From positions 9,734,001 to 9,798,000 of the forward strand of contig NC_043011.1 in assembly GCF_006345805.1 (NCBI RefSeq): 64,000 bases of DNA, read 5' to 3'. The position numbers and the translations under genes are program-made. Source of the stretch: Octopus sinensis. Lineage: Eukaryota. The notes beneath the pieces were generated by a model that was not told the DNA's origin, did no database searches, and saw only the letters and a program-made list of their open reading frames with translations. Below, piece by piece: positions 25,273 through 38,480 of this stretch. Numbering within the stretch: the first letter of the stretch is position 1; the number at the start of each line of letters is the position of its first letter.

Positions 25273-27044
25273 ACTCTTTTACTCTTTTACTCTTTTACTT
25301 GTTTCAGCCATCCGGCTGAGGCCATGCTGGGGCACCGCCCTTGTTGCTACCCTCTCTAAGTCCAGTTTGCCGTGGCTGGCCACTGATCTAAGAGAGAGTT
25401 TGTAGCTGCTGCCCTTAGGTTACCTTCGTACCTCGCAGTGGGTTCATCTGGGATCCCGGAAAGCAGCTTGTCTAGATGTTTTTTGAAAATGTCCACATCC
25501 GCATCATGTAGATCTCTTAGTTTTCTTGGCAGTTTGTTGAACAGCTGAGGGCCCCTGAACCCCAGGCTATTACAGTATCTGCTCCTTACCCTGGATGTGG
25601 AAGACGGGACCTTTGGCACCACACAGTGACGTCCTGTACGGGGATTGGAACAGCTCTCAATTCCAAAATTTGGTGCTAGTCCCTCCAGGATTTTCCATAT
25701 GTATATCACTGCATATCTCTCTCGTCTTCGTTCCAAGGAGTACAAATTGAGTTCCCTAAGCCTCTCGCAATAGTTCTTTTCTTTCATGATGGAAATCCTC
25801 TTGGTGAAATGTCTTTGGATTGTCTCAAGCTCTGTGGTTAGTTTGACACTATGCGGTGACCACAGTTGGGAGCAGTAGTCCAGGCGGCTTAGGACAAATG
25901 TCCTCCATAGTGTCAACATGGTCTCGCAGTCTCTTGTCCGGAATGTCCTCAGGATCCAGCCAGTGAGTCGTCTGCACATTGTCGCACCCTTCGCGATGTG
26001 TGAAGAAAAAGATGCATCGTCACTCATGTCTATCCCCAGGTCCCGTATTGATTTCGATACTGGGATTTCAATCCCTCCTGGACCAGTATAGTTGTGTTGT
26101 AATGTATATGTGTTTACAGCTTGATATTGTAAGGCTTGAAATTTACCAGCATTAAATTGCATGTTGTTGTCTTCAGCCCATTTGTATATGGCATCCAGAT
26201 CTTGTTGTAAAAGGTCAGCATCAGCTGGGTTTTTGATTGCCTGTGTTACCTTTGTGTCATCAGCATAGCTAGTGAGGGATGTTGTTTGTGCTACCAAGGG
26301 CATGTCAGAGAGCGCCACCAAAAACAGCAAGGGTCCCAAGACTGTGCCCTGTGGCACCCCGCTTGCTATTGGTGTCTTTCCCGAGAGGGCTCCATTGGCT
26401 GCAACCATCTGGCTTCTGTCCTTCAGGAAGTCATGTATCCACTCACCTACTTTTCCTGTTATGCCGAGTCTGAGTAATTTGTGACATATCACTCCGTGGT
26501 CGACTTTGTCAAAGGCCTTCGCAAAGTCGAGATATACCACATCCACCTGTGAGCGATCCAGTAGTTGTTTCAGTACCCAGTCGTAGTGTTGTAACAGCTG
26601 CGTAAGGCAGCTTCTTCCTGGGCGAAAGCCATGCTGTGTGTCAGTGAGACGGTTAGTTTCTTCGAGGAACGTGATCAGTTTTTTTATGATGATTCGTTCC
26701 ATGACCTTACTTATGTGTGACGTCAGGGAGACTGGCCTGTAGTTTTTGGCCTCTGCTCTACTCCCTCCTTTGTGGATAGGGCATATGGTGCCTTCTTTTA
26801 GCGCCCTGGGCAGTTTACCGTTAGCCAAGGAACCACTGAAGAGCTCCTTCAGTGGTCCCGCTAGGGCATGCCTGCATGCTTTTAGGAGGACTGCTGGGAA
26901 TCCATCTGGTCCAGCAGCTGAGTTTATTCTCATTTTTCTATGGCAGATATTACATCCCTCTCTGTTATGTCTATGTGGTCGATGGTTGTTGTTGGTTTTG
27001 GAGTGTTGTGGCATCAAAGAAAACTTCTGGGTTTGTGATTTGCA
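25273..27044 (-). mobile_element. 5'-truncated CR1/L2-group LINE with long open RT frame
   Basis: ORF 25356-27017, short 3' UTR ending (GTAAAAGA)n, flanked by (TA)n. Confidence 0.95.
25356..27017 (-). CDS. Non-LTR reverse transcriptase, 5'-truncated (first ~25 aa probably out of frame)
   Basis: AAGPDG, NYRPVSLTS, QHGFRPGRSC, YLDFAKAFDKVDH, GVPQGTVLGPLLF, YADDTK, RDLGI, LDYCSQLWSP; no internal stops. Confidence 0.85.
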   Translation of the reverse strand: MMPQHSKTNNNHRPHRHNREGCNICHRKMRINSAAGPDGFPAVLLKACRHALAGPLKELFSGSLANGKLPRALKEGTICPIHKGGSRAEAKNYRPVSLTSHISKVMERIIIKKLITFLEETNRLTDTQHGFRPGRSCLTQLLQHYDWVLKQLLDRSQVDVVYLDFAKAFDKVDHGVICHKLLRLGITGKVGEWIHDFLKDRSQMVAANGALSGKTPIASGVPQGTVLGPLLFLVALSDMPLVAQTTSLTSYADDTKVTQAIKNPADADLLQQDLDAIYKWAEDNNMQFNAGKFQALQYQAVNTYTLQHNYTGPGGIEIPVSKSIRDLGIDMSDDASFSSHIAKGATMCRRLTGWILRTFRTRDCETMLTLWRTFVLSRLDYCSQLWSPHSVKLTTELETIQRHFTKRISIMKEKNYCERLRELNLYSLERRRERYAVIYIWKILEGLAPNFGIESCSNPRTGRHCVVPKVPSSTSRVRSRYCNSLGFRGPQLFNKLPRKLRDLHDADVDIFKKHLDKLLSGIPDEPTARYEGNLRAAATNSLLDQWPATANWT

Positions 27045-27050
27045 TATATA

Positions 27051-27098
<48 letters not shown>

Positions 27099-27105
27099 TT
27101 ATATG

Positions 27106-27236
27106 AGAAATTCAAGACAGGATGCCCCTGGGAGCTCCTCTATGCTGATGAGCTTGCTCTAATTGCTGAGTCACTATCAGAACTGGAGGAGAAGTTTCAG
27201 GTGTGTAAGCAAGGTTTAGAACCGAAGGGCCTTAGA
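27106..27236 (+). mobile_element. Internal RTE RT fragment
   Basis: Matches ~1399-1527 (KTGCPWELLYADE/D..). Confidence 0.85.
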
Positions 27237-27349
27237 TAACGACAGGGACCCCGCGAAAAATTGGCAGCCATTGCGATCACCCCTGTAAGGGAAAACTTAA
27301 ATATCTATTCTATATTTAGCGAGACGAGAGGCTGAATCGATAGACAATG

Positions 27350-27384
<35 letters not shown>

Positions 27385-27385
<1 letters not shown>

Positions 27386-27790
27386 GGTTCAAATTTTTGG
27401 CACAAGGTCAGCAACTTCGAAGATGGGCATACATTGATTACATCAACCCATGTGATCAACTGATGGCAAAGCTGACCCTGATGGAATTTGAACTCAGATT
27501 GTATGAACAGACAAAATACTACTAAACATATTGTTCAGTATGTTAACATTTCTGCCAGTTCACTTCCTTAGTAATAAACCTTTCTATTATAGGCACAAGA
27601 TCTGAAATTTTGAGGGAGGGAGGTACTTCATTACATCAGCTCCATTATTTAACTGGTACTTATTTTCTTGACCCCACCAAAAAGATGGAAGTCAGAGTTG
27701 ACCTCGGCAGAATTTGAACTCAATGTAATGATGGATGAAAAGTCACAAAGAATGTTGACTGGTATGCTAACAATTCTGCCAGCTGACCAA
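27385..27790 (-). mobile_element. Two tandem diverged Nin/Deu-domain SINEs
   Basis: Two GAATTTGAACTC B-box complements (near 27484 and 27710) with the family body; (AAT)n flanks. Confidence 0.7.
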
Positions 27791-30700
27791 TTTAACAACA
27801 ACAACAACAATAATAATAATAACAATGGGGCTAACTTTGACTGCAGCAACAACAAGAAGACCCAAACAAGACAAAAAGAACCACAATGTAAAAAAAAAAT
27901 AACAAAACTTTAAAAGAATGATAAAATCTAAAATTCCTCGGCCAATAATCCACCTCAGCTGAATCGTTACTTAATTATTATTGTTTTCAGTCGATGGCAT
28001 GGTCGTTTTCTCATTTTTCATAATTTATAAAAACAAAAACAAAACAAGTACATGAATATACCAAAACAAACTCTCAATGAGTCCACAATACAAGAAAAAA
28101 ATTTAATCAATTATTATTCATACAGGAATTTATTTATTTTTGATTGAGTTAATCATTTTTTTTCAAATGTGTTCTTTGTTTTCAAAGCAAAATTACTTTA
28201 AATCAAAACTAAAGAGATAAAAATGGTAAAGAAAAAATAATTTCTGACAGACAATTCTACTTTTTTTTTTCTTTCTAATCTGAGAAATTGTCTGTAACAA
28301 GTTTGGAAATTGTTGCTATTAACAATATAACTATATAATATATATATATATATATATATATTATATTTATGTATATGCATATAACCATATACAATGGAAC
28401 CTAAAACTCCTGGCTCTGTCCCTCTCCACCAAATCAGAGAGAGAGAGAGAGAGAGATAAAGATTTCATTTTCACTGCTGTTTCAATTAAAATAATTATAA
28501 ATGTCACTATTATTATATTTTTTATTAATATCTTCAAAATATCTGGAATCACATATTCCTGAAATTATGATAACGTCACATTTTTGAAATATTTTATGAA
28601 TTTTTATTCTTTCATTATTTGACTTTGTATTCATGAACCAAAGTTTAAAAAGAAGAATCAAAAACTATGTGAACGAACAATAATTTATTTTACTCAAAAA
28701 TTGAAATTATTTTTACTGTTCATCTTAACAGAATATTTAGTTTCCACGTTTGCCAACAATGCAAAAATGAAATCATGTTATCAGCAGAAATACTGGTTGT
28801 GTATCATTATTGTCACCACTGCTGCTGCCTTGGTCATCATCATTATTATTATTATTACTTTTGACTAGATTTCTAATAAATATTCAGATAATTTCAAACA
28901 ACTTACTTTCTCTCCTCCACAAAATACTGTTTCTTTCTATTATTTCTGTATTTCTTAATGAATATTCCAAAAATGTTTAAAGGAAACTAGTTTCACAGAA
29001 GTGAAATTCAAAATAACAAATCAGTATTTTTTTTGTTTATATATATAATTTCCTATATGTTTTTGTCTGCAACCTGTTCCCCACCACATCAGTTATCACA
29101 AATAATTCTTAAAAAGTCACTTATTAACTCTTTCTTTAGAAATATCACGGTTTCTTGAGACAGTTTTCAGTTTATGGCAGAAAATGAAATGAAATTTCCA
29201 CTTCCACAGATTTTTGTTCAAAATAGGAAGAATTATCATATTTTGTCTATTTGTGGCTGACCTTAAATACAAAAAGCAGCTTCTGGTATGTGAGATTGTG
29301 ATATTTCTACAACAGGCGGCGTGCATGTTCTACCCTCTCTTTCAGGAACACAACATGAGCTGAGACATATGATGATAATACAACACAAAGAAACAGACAT
29401 GATACACAGTGACATCGCAACATGTGACAAGACAAATGACACATGGATGGATGCCCTGAAACAATAGTAAGACCTTGTCCTTTATCAGTTATCCTCAAGA
29501 AATCCTCCCTTAAATCTACTCACTTGAACTCAGTTCTGTGAACTCAAGGGACCCTACTCCATAATCATGAAATGCTTGCAATACAAACATTTACATCTTC
29601 ATGGTGTCTATTTACAAGAAGATAACGTAAATTATTGTTTAGTCTCCTACGGTATACAACTCATAAAGATCAAGTCATCCTGTTGAGTTGACCCTGACCT
29701 TATTGAACCAATTCTATCTCCCCCACACACCTCCCCCCCTCTTTCACACCTCACAGACACATGGGTGAGCTACCAGCAGACAAGATGTTGAGAATCTCTC
29801 TTCACTTGGTTTCTTTAAAAAATGATTTTCATATGGACCTCAATATGCCACTGGTATTTTCCATTCCCCTCTGACTGAATAGTGAACAGTAGCATAATTC
29901 GAAATAACAACTTAGAGAGGACTGACAGTAAACAATGTAATTTAGTTTGCTTCTGGAAGAATCTTTGTCAGTGAGATTGTGGCAAGATATTTCGTCTCCT
30001 GCTGCTTTATGCACGATTGGATCCACTTGGTTGAGTGAATGATGGCAGAAATAGCACAGATACACCACGGAACAGCGATTAAAAAATGATTGGAACCATT
30101 TAGCACAGGCACAAAACAACAAAAATAATAGTCTATCAAATATGAGGTTCTGATGAAGAGAGGAAATGGAATCACAGCTTGGGCAAGAATTCTGGAAAAC
30201 TACATTAAAAACAGTGGCTTTGCTCCTCCATAATTTACTCTGCACCCAATGACCTTATATCAAACATACTTTTTATAATAAAGTACTAAATGGAAAGGAA
30301 ATAATATCTCCTTACCAATAAAGACTGGAACAGTGACACACAGACAGACATCGGTATATGAGTGACAGACATTGAAATATTAATGCTGACACCAAGATCT
30401 TAGTTCAAATGGCTATTTTCAACATTTCAGTGGCCATCCATGATGATCCAACTGCCTTCCCTCTCTTTACATCATTAACCACACTTGCACAGACAGACAT
30501 ATTTGTGTGTGTGTTATGTGAGAATACCAAAATATTACTCGGGTACCTAGCTTTCCATGTCAAAACACTTGAAAATTCCTTTTGTTATCAAACTCTTAGG
30601 TACCAGACGAGTTCCTGTAATTATAGTTATCTCCTCTGCTTCACTCAAAGAGCTCTCTGTTAATAAAACCAAATTTATTCTGCAATGATCAGCCTATGGT

Positions 30701-31623
30701 TGATGGCAGCAGCTGTCTAAAGACATACCATGTGCTGAGAGTTCTGGGAAAGAGAGGGACCTAACAAAACATGTGACAAAGTGGTAACAATTGATAGGAT
30801 GATACAGATGACGAAGGACACCAACAATTGGTAACATGTTGACTTGAAGAAATGCCACTCTTTCAGGCAAGTGTAGCCGAGAGGATATTAACGAAAGGTG
30901 GGGCTGGGGTGGTTCCTCACATATAAATGCACAGGTACCATCCTTCCTGTTTTTCTTTCTCTTCAGATGCTTTAACTGCCTTCTCTCCATCTCTGTGATT
31001 CTCTCTCACCTCCTCACACCTTTCTTCCATTGCAACATTTTTTCACCTTCCACCCTTTCATTCGTTTCCTCTTTGCCCTTTCCATGATAATACCATTCTC
31101 CTCTTAAACTGCAGTCTTTCAACCCTGCCCCCTCAACTTCCACTCATAACAAGGAATAGTGCAACATCATTCCTTCCTCCACCACCTTATCCCTCCCTCT
31201 CCTCACCCCACAACCACACCTTTACAACACCAAACCTGCTCCTCATAATGTGCCTTTTCATCAACTCACCCAAAATCTTTGGCCCTCCTCCATCATATTC
31301 TGCTCTTAGTATGGTGGTTCTCGAGCATTGCTAGTTACAAGATCACTTCACTAGTGCTACACAAGACCACTTCATTTGTGCCACACAAAACCCATTCACT
31401 ACTGTCACACAAGGAACTCACTATACTTGGTAAAATGGTTGGTGTCAGGAATGTCCTTCAGCCACAGAAAGCATGTCAAAGCAGACACTGGAACTTAATG
31501 AGGACCACTGACTTGCTGGAGACTGTCAAAACAGCCAATTCATGCCAGCATGGAAGGCTCACTTAAAAGGATGATGATGATGATGATGATGATGTGACAA
31601 ACTCCCCATACATATATATATGA

Positions 31624-31654
<31 letters not shown>

Positions 31655-31763
31655 ACTCCCTCCCCATTTGTGTGTTTATATGATTCTCTACTCCCAGTAA
31701 ATAGTAAATGTTCCATGATCTTGCATTAGAATAATAATCTCAATCTCAATTTAACATACACAC

Positions 31764-31832
<69 letters not shown>

Positions 31833-32268
31833 AAGAAAGAAGTGAAGCATAGATGATTGCCAGTAGTTGGTGAAGCAGAAGAAGGGATTCCATTCTGTCC
31901 CAAATAGTTCTCTGCTATCAATTCTGATAATCTGCACTCCATAATTTACTTTAAATAGAAATATTTTCTCTGACCAACTAAACTAAGACATTCTGGTGAA
32001 TTTGCCAGGAACTAATAACAGAGTCAACTCTGAAATTATGAAGGCATTGGTATTTCAAGAAGATTATAGTTTCCAATGAACTAAGAAATAAACTCAAACT
32101 TTCATGGCTTCTTCTGTCCCCAACTGAAATTACACCAAAATTTTTCCCCTAATAACAGTCTTTCTTTCTTTTTCTGTATTTCTCGAAACGGAAAATAAAT
32201 TTATATCATTATATGTTTTATTTTTTTTTGTTCGCAATTCTTTGGGTATCTTTATTTTTAGCTTATAA

Positions 32269-32360
32269 ATTTGTCCATGACTAAATCATGTCATTATACA
32301 TACATGATATATATATATATATCATGTATGTATAATGAGATGATTTAGTCATGGACAAAT
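32269..32360. repeat. 92-bp palindrome centred on (TA)n
   Basis: ATTTGTCCATGACTAAATCATGTCATTATACATACATGAT pairs with its reverse complement with one mismatch. Confidence 0.95.
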
Positions 32361-32365
32361 ATATA

Positions 32366-32409
<44 letters not shown>

Positions 32410-32824
32410 CATACATACATACATGTACACACACATCAAATCTCCATCATCATTTCACACATCTGCTTTCCATGCTGATACAAACTGAATGAGTAATCAC
32501 CTTCTGCATCAGACATATTCCTCTCCGGGAAAATGTCAGAGAACCATGGCTCACTCATACGTTTCCATTTGTGGCAAGGTTTCTGCAATTGGATACCCTT
32601 CCTAACACCAACCGCCAGCTTCCCAAACAATGCCAGGTTCTTGGCATCACCAAAGAATCTTTTGTACGTTATGTAGCTTTTGGTTGTCTGCCAACCACTT
32701 TACAAAGTGTAGGGACGGTGATTTCTTGAGGAACCAACATTACTGAGATTGTACTGTATCAGGTTGAAATAGTCTCACTGCCTTATGTTCACTCCCTCAC
32801 ACACACACACGTCTATGTGTGTGT

Positions 32825-33222
32825 TGCTTTGCTTGAGGAGACCTACTGAGTCAAGAACATCAACATCAAAATAAATATCAAATGGAAATTTTAGTTGTGA
32901 TACCTGTGCCGGTGGCACGTAAAAAGCACCGTCCGAACGTGGATGATGCCAGTGCCGCTTTGACTGTCTTCTGTGCCGATGGCATGTAAAAAGCACCAAC
33001 CGATCGTGGCCGATGCCAGCCTCCCCTGGCACCTGTGCTGGTGGCACGTAAAAAGTACCCACTACACTCATGGAGTGGTTGGCGTTAGGAAGGGCATCCA
33101 GCTGTAGAAACACTGCCAGATCAGACTGGAGCCTGGTGCAGCCTCCTGGCTTCCCAGACCCCAGTCAAACCGTCCAACCCGTGCTAGCATGGAAAACGGA
33201 TGTTAAACGATGATGATGATGA
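32825..33222 (+). mobile_element. RTE 3' UTR fragment with repeat units and (GAT)n tail
   Basis: Homologous to 2445-3059. Confidence 0.88.
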
Positions 33223-34654
33223 TATATATATACACACACACACACACACAAAACAACAATGTGTGGTGGCCAAGATGAATGGATTCTGGCAACCAATGGC
33301 ATACTCAAGGTGGCATTCCTCAGGTGGACAAGTCTGTTCATTGCTACAAAGGAGTTAAGGTATTGTGGTGTAAAACATCAAGACAGAAACTGCAGCCAAA
33401 CGTGCTCTGAAGGTGGATGGGGAGAAGGACGCATCCTCTTGTCAAGATCCCCAACAGAAGTAACAAGATTAATGAAATAATTTTGAAGAGATCAAGAAAC
33501 ATCATTGATACACTCCATTGCTTGTTTGGAAGTTAATTAAAGTGTAAATTAATGAAGCAGGAATTGAGAGAAATTAGTTTAAATAAGAGAATGGTTACCA
33601 TGGAGATAGTATTGGTTGTTATTTGTGACACATACATACCAGGGTACATATGGATCTGGGGTACAACCAGATCTGCAATACATACACATTGCCTAATGAA
33701 GAGAATCACTGCTGATGAATGTGGAATTAACCATGATGATGATGATGATGATGATGGTGGTGGTGTGAGTGATAGTTGGTGATACATGTTGATTTGATTG
33801 CACAAAAAAACTCACTAATAACAACAACAATAACAACAGCAGTAACAGGCCCAGAGAGGAACCTTTAAAAAGTTAACAAATCTGCTAAAAAAAGCAGCCA
33901 GCTCCCCACCCCCCAGACCACACCTTACTGTCTTAAAAGGGACGGTGACATTGAAAAATGTAATCTGAGATGCACAACCAACGCCTGAAGAGAGGACTAC
34001 TCTATCAGTATTGCCTGGGGCTAAACAACAAAACAACAGGAAGAGGAGGATTTCTCTCTCACACACATCTCATTGGTTACCAACCAGCATTGAACACACG
34101 ACAGTGAAAGACATCATAACAGCTGCAGCGTCTCCAGATCCAGTGAGCAACCTGGCAGAAGAACCATTTGGAAGGTACTTGGAATATTTTAAAGCAACGA
34201 CTACAACAACAATGATGTGGCAGACAAAAAAATGGAAATATGGGAAAAGAAAGTGAGAAGAATTCTGATCAATTTTCCAATTTATTGAAGTGTTTAGAGG
34301 AAGAACAAAGGAATCTGTTTATGGAGATGTAATTATGTGACTGGGTATACACACATGTGTATATTATTGTATATATACTTATGTGTGTGTATGTGGTGTT
34401 TTTGATGTATGAGAACTAACACAATATTTCATTCATGCCTTTTCATGTCTGTTTTACCATGTTTGCATGGGTTAGATGCATATATCATTGAGGTATTGTT
34501 TTACAGCTGGATGCCTTTCCTGCCATTAACCCTCCTTACCTATTTTTCAAGTAAATGGTCTCTTGTTCCACACAACATTAAAGGCACAAAGTGAACAGGT
34601 GATTTGTTGTGAGGAGAGGACTGACTATCTCAAAATCACCGTAACACCACCACC

Positions 34655-35795
34655 ATAGCTTCCGATACCTAGGTACCAAGTCAGTAGTGGGGGTGGGTCT
34701 ACTGAAAGTGTAGATGCTAGAATAACAATAGCCTGGGCAAAGTTCAGAGAGCTCTTACCTCTGCTAGTGACAAAGGGCCTCTCACTCAGAGTAAAAGGTA
34801 GACTGTATGATGCATGTGTACAAACAGCCATGTTACATGGCAGTGAAACTTGGGCCGTGACTGCTGTGAACATGCGTAAGCTTGCAAGGAATGAATCCAG
34901 TATGATCCGATGGATGTGTAATGGATGTGCATACTCAACAGAGTGTAAGTACCTTGAGAGAAAAGTTGGATCTAAGAAGCATCAGATGTGGTGTGCAAGA
35001 GAGACGACTGTGCTGGTATGGTCCTGCGGTGAGAATCGATGTGGATAGCTGTGTGAAAAAGTGCCACACCCTAGTGGTTGAGGAAACCTGTGGAAGAGGT
35101 AGACCCAGAAAGACCTGGGGTGAGGTGGTTAAGCATGACTTTCAAACTGAGGCAATGACTAGTGACCGGGACCTTTGGAAATATGCTGTGCTTGAGAAGA
35201 CCTGGCAAGCCAGGTGAGACCATAACCCGTGGCCTCTGCTAGGGGTGTAACCAGCCCACTTATGCATACCTTTCCTTCATTGGACACTAAACTCTGCTTG
35301 CTAAGACCTGTTAAGGCAAGTGAAATCAAAATCAAATTCGATGACTGGCATCCGTGCTAGTGGAGCGCTAAGAGCACCATCCGAGTGTGATCGTTGCTAG
35401 AGCAGCTGACTGGCTTCCGTGCTGGTGGCATGCAAAAAGCACCATTCGAGCGTGATCGTTACCAGCATCGCCTTACTGGCACCTGTGCCGGTGGCATGAG
35501 AAAAGATATTCGAACAATGTCATTGCCAGTGCCACTGGACAGGCTCCTGTGCAGGTGGCATGTAAAAAACACCATTTGAGCATGGCTGTTTCCAGTACCA
35601 CCTGACTGGCCCTCATGCCGGTGGCATGTAAAAGCACCCATTACACTCTTGGAGTGGTTGGCATTAGGAAGGGCATTAGAAACTCTGCCAGATCAGTTTG
35701 GAGCCTGGTGCAGCCATCTGATTTGCCAGTCCTCAGTCAAATCATCCAACCCATGCCAGCATGGAAAGCAGACATTAAGCGATGATGATGATGAT
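34655..35795 (+). mobile_element. 5'-truncated RTE LINE, diverged subfamily
   Basis: TKGLSLRVKGRLYDACVQTAMLHGSETW, GRGRPRKTW; 3' UTR repeat array 35345-35640; (GAT)n tail. Confidence 0.92.
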
Positions 35796-35805
35796 ATATA
35801 TATAT

Positions 35806-36220
35806 AGACGCAGGAGTGGCTGTGTGGTAAGTAGCTTGTTTACCAACCACATGGTTCCGGGTTCAGTCCCACTGCGTGGCATCTTGGGCAAGCGTCTTTT
35901 ACTATAGTCTCGGGCCGACCAAAGCCTTGTGATTGGATTTGGTAGATGGAAACTGAAAGAAGTCCGTCGTATATATGTATACATATATGCGTGTGTGTGT
36001 TTGTGTGTCTGTGTTTGTCCCCCTAGCATTGCTTGACAACCGATGCTGGTGTGTTTATGTCCCCGTTACTTAGCGGTTCGGCAAAAGAGACCGATAGAAT
36101 AAGTACTGGGCTTACAAAAGAATAAGTCCCAGGGTCGAGTTGCTCAATTAAAGGCAGTGCTCCAGCATGGCTGCAGTGAAATGACTGAAACAAGTAAAAG
36201 AGTAAAAAGAGTAAAAGAGT
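35806..36220 (+). mobile_element. Full-length tRNA-derived CORE-like SINE
   Basis: Colinear with 22761-23147; ends (GTAAAAGA)n; (TA)n flanks. Confidence 0.92.
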
Positions 36221-36289
36221 ATATATATAGCATATTACATATAGTAATAAAGCATATTACTCTACCACTGGCATTTGAGTACTCTTTTT

Positions 36290-36985
36290 CCCAGAAGATA
36301 CTGTTTTTAAAGCTTTACCATCAACATATACCACTGGTTGTGAAGAGGGCGAAGAGTTTGGTTTCGGCTGGAGAATAAGTTCAGTTTTCGTTATGCTAAT
36401 TGTAAGACCAAAGGCCTTACATGCATCAGAGAAGCTATTGAGGATGTTCTGCATGTCCTCAAGACTATGGGTGACAAGAGCACAGTCATCAGCAAAAAAG
36501 GAGATCAAGAACAGTCTGCATAAAAGTCCGGGTTTTGGCTTTGAACCGCTACTGATCGATACTCAACACCTACACCTTCCGAGGTGTCTTTGAAGACTGC
36601 TTCAAGCATCACTGAAAAGAAAAGAGCAAATAGGATCGGAGCAAGGACACATCCTTGCTTGGCTCCATTTGACACTTTGAATGGTTCACTTTGTTCGCAG
36701 TCAGACTGTACTGATGCCATCATTCCATGATGAAAGGAGACAATCATGTTCTACATCTTGTCTGGAAAACCAAGCTTCCTCAAAACAGTCCACAGGGCAG
36801 CCCTGGAGACGGTATCAAATGCCTTAGTGAGATCAGCAAAGGTAACAAACAAGTCCTTATTCTGTTCCCTTGCTTTCTCTTGTAGTTGCCATAAGCTGAA
36901 GATCATATCCACAGTGCCTCTTCCAGGCCGGAAACCACATTGGGTTTCTGGGAGCAGAAGACTCATATCTGATGTCTTCCTTCTA
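36290..36985 (-). mobile_element. RTE-BovB-like RT fragment (pseudogenised)
   Basis: LPETQCGFRPGRGTVDMIF, DLTKAFDTVSR, GAKQGCVLAPILF, FADDCAL, FGLTISITKT in three frames. Confidence 0.9.
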
Positions 36986-37344
36986 ACGCATGGAGATCTT
37001 TTGCAATTGACCTCATGGACTTTATGGGATTGTAATCAATGGGTTGTTGAACTTGCTGGATAAATTCAGGTGTACCAATGATTTCAGAGCGTTTGGAATG
37101 TTTTTTATGCTTTGATACTGGTGATATGTTTCTATCTTCAGTCTCTAACTCCTTACAAACTTTGCCGACAAAAGATCTTGCAACTTTTAAAAATCGAGAT
37201 TTTTCTAAATTGCTATGCAGAAAATAGTCCTTTTGTGGCAGTTATAATGAAATTGCTTTCTTATATCATAGTAATAAGGCGTTTCAATAGAATATTTTTA
37301 CCCCCGGGAATTACTGGGTACACCAGCTGGTATATACATATAGA

Positions 37345-37590
37345 GAGAAAAGAAGACATTGATGGTCCTTTGGAGGACATACATCCTCAGCTGCTTGGAC
37401 TACTGCTTGCAACTATGGTCACCAGACACTATAAAATCCATGGTGGAACTTAAAGCAATCCAACAAAGCTACACTAAGAAAATCATCTCAATGCAACATG
37501 TCAGCTACTGGGAAAGACTGAGAGAATTAAAACTTTTCTCCCTAGAATTAAGGTAGGAAAGATATGCAGTGATATACACCTGGAAAATCT
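37345..37590 (+). mobile_element. CR1/L2-group LINE C-terminal fragment
   Basis: LWRTYILSCLDYCLQLWSP..WERLRELKLFSLE, homologous to the 25356-27017 protein. Confidence 0.85.
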
Positions 37591-37962
37591 GTGTAAGTCA
37601 AACTTTATACATACATAAGTGTATTGGTGTGTTCATTAGTCATTCTCACTGCTGTTTTATGGTTAGATGACCTTCCCAATGCCAAACCTTTTAGATACTT
37701 TCACAACACCCAGAGAAATGAGACACGTATCACACACACACACACACAACACACACACACACACGTATCTTTGTGAATAACTGTTTAGAAATATAATACA
37801 ATAAATATAATAACAAGCACAATTTAAGGCAGAATTTAATGTGCTTCACTAAAATCTTTTAAATCAGGAATTTTAAAGTTTTGCTCTTACATGTTCATTG
37901 TCACAACAACCATGGTAACATGATGACCAAACAGAAAACAGACCAGACATGTGTGTGTGTGT

Positions 37963-38007
<45 letters not shown>

Positions 38008-38219
38008 AACACTTGTGTACATATATATATACATACAAAGACATACATGTATATACATGTGTGCCTATGTTTATATGCATGCATATCAGTCCAATATAAT
38101 GGTAAATGTTAAACATGTTTCATGTTTATCCCATTGTGTAGAGAACTGTTTTATATTTGTGTCAGAGACATGGAGAGGGGAAAGACAGGCTTTGGAAATC
38201 TGAGATTATTCCACATATA

Positions 38220-38296
38220 ACAATAGCAATATCATCATCATATATATATACATACATACATACACATACATACATGTAACAATAGTCATCTATAGC

Positions 38297-38329
<33 letters not shown>

Positions 38330-38370
38330 CATACATACACATGCATACATGTAACAATAGTCATCTATAG

Positions 38371-38431
<61 letters not shown>

Positions 38432-38480
38432 CATACATACACATGCATACATGTAACAATAGTCATCCATAGCAATATAT
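38220..38480 (+). repeat. Minisatellite: three CATACATGTAACAATAGTCATCYATAGCAATA units with variable (TA)n spacers
   Basis: Units near 38269, 38345 and 38446. Confidence 0.88.

Noticed and set aside
29830-30480. Very old LINE remnant on the minus strand
   Set aside because: Only faint motif echoes (KDLGVSI); too decayed to support.
34088-34174. Possible short coding exon (IEHTTVKDIITAAASPDPVSNLAEEPFG) ending AAG/GTACTT
   Set aside because: Weak acceptor, no recognisable protein and no partner exons.
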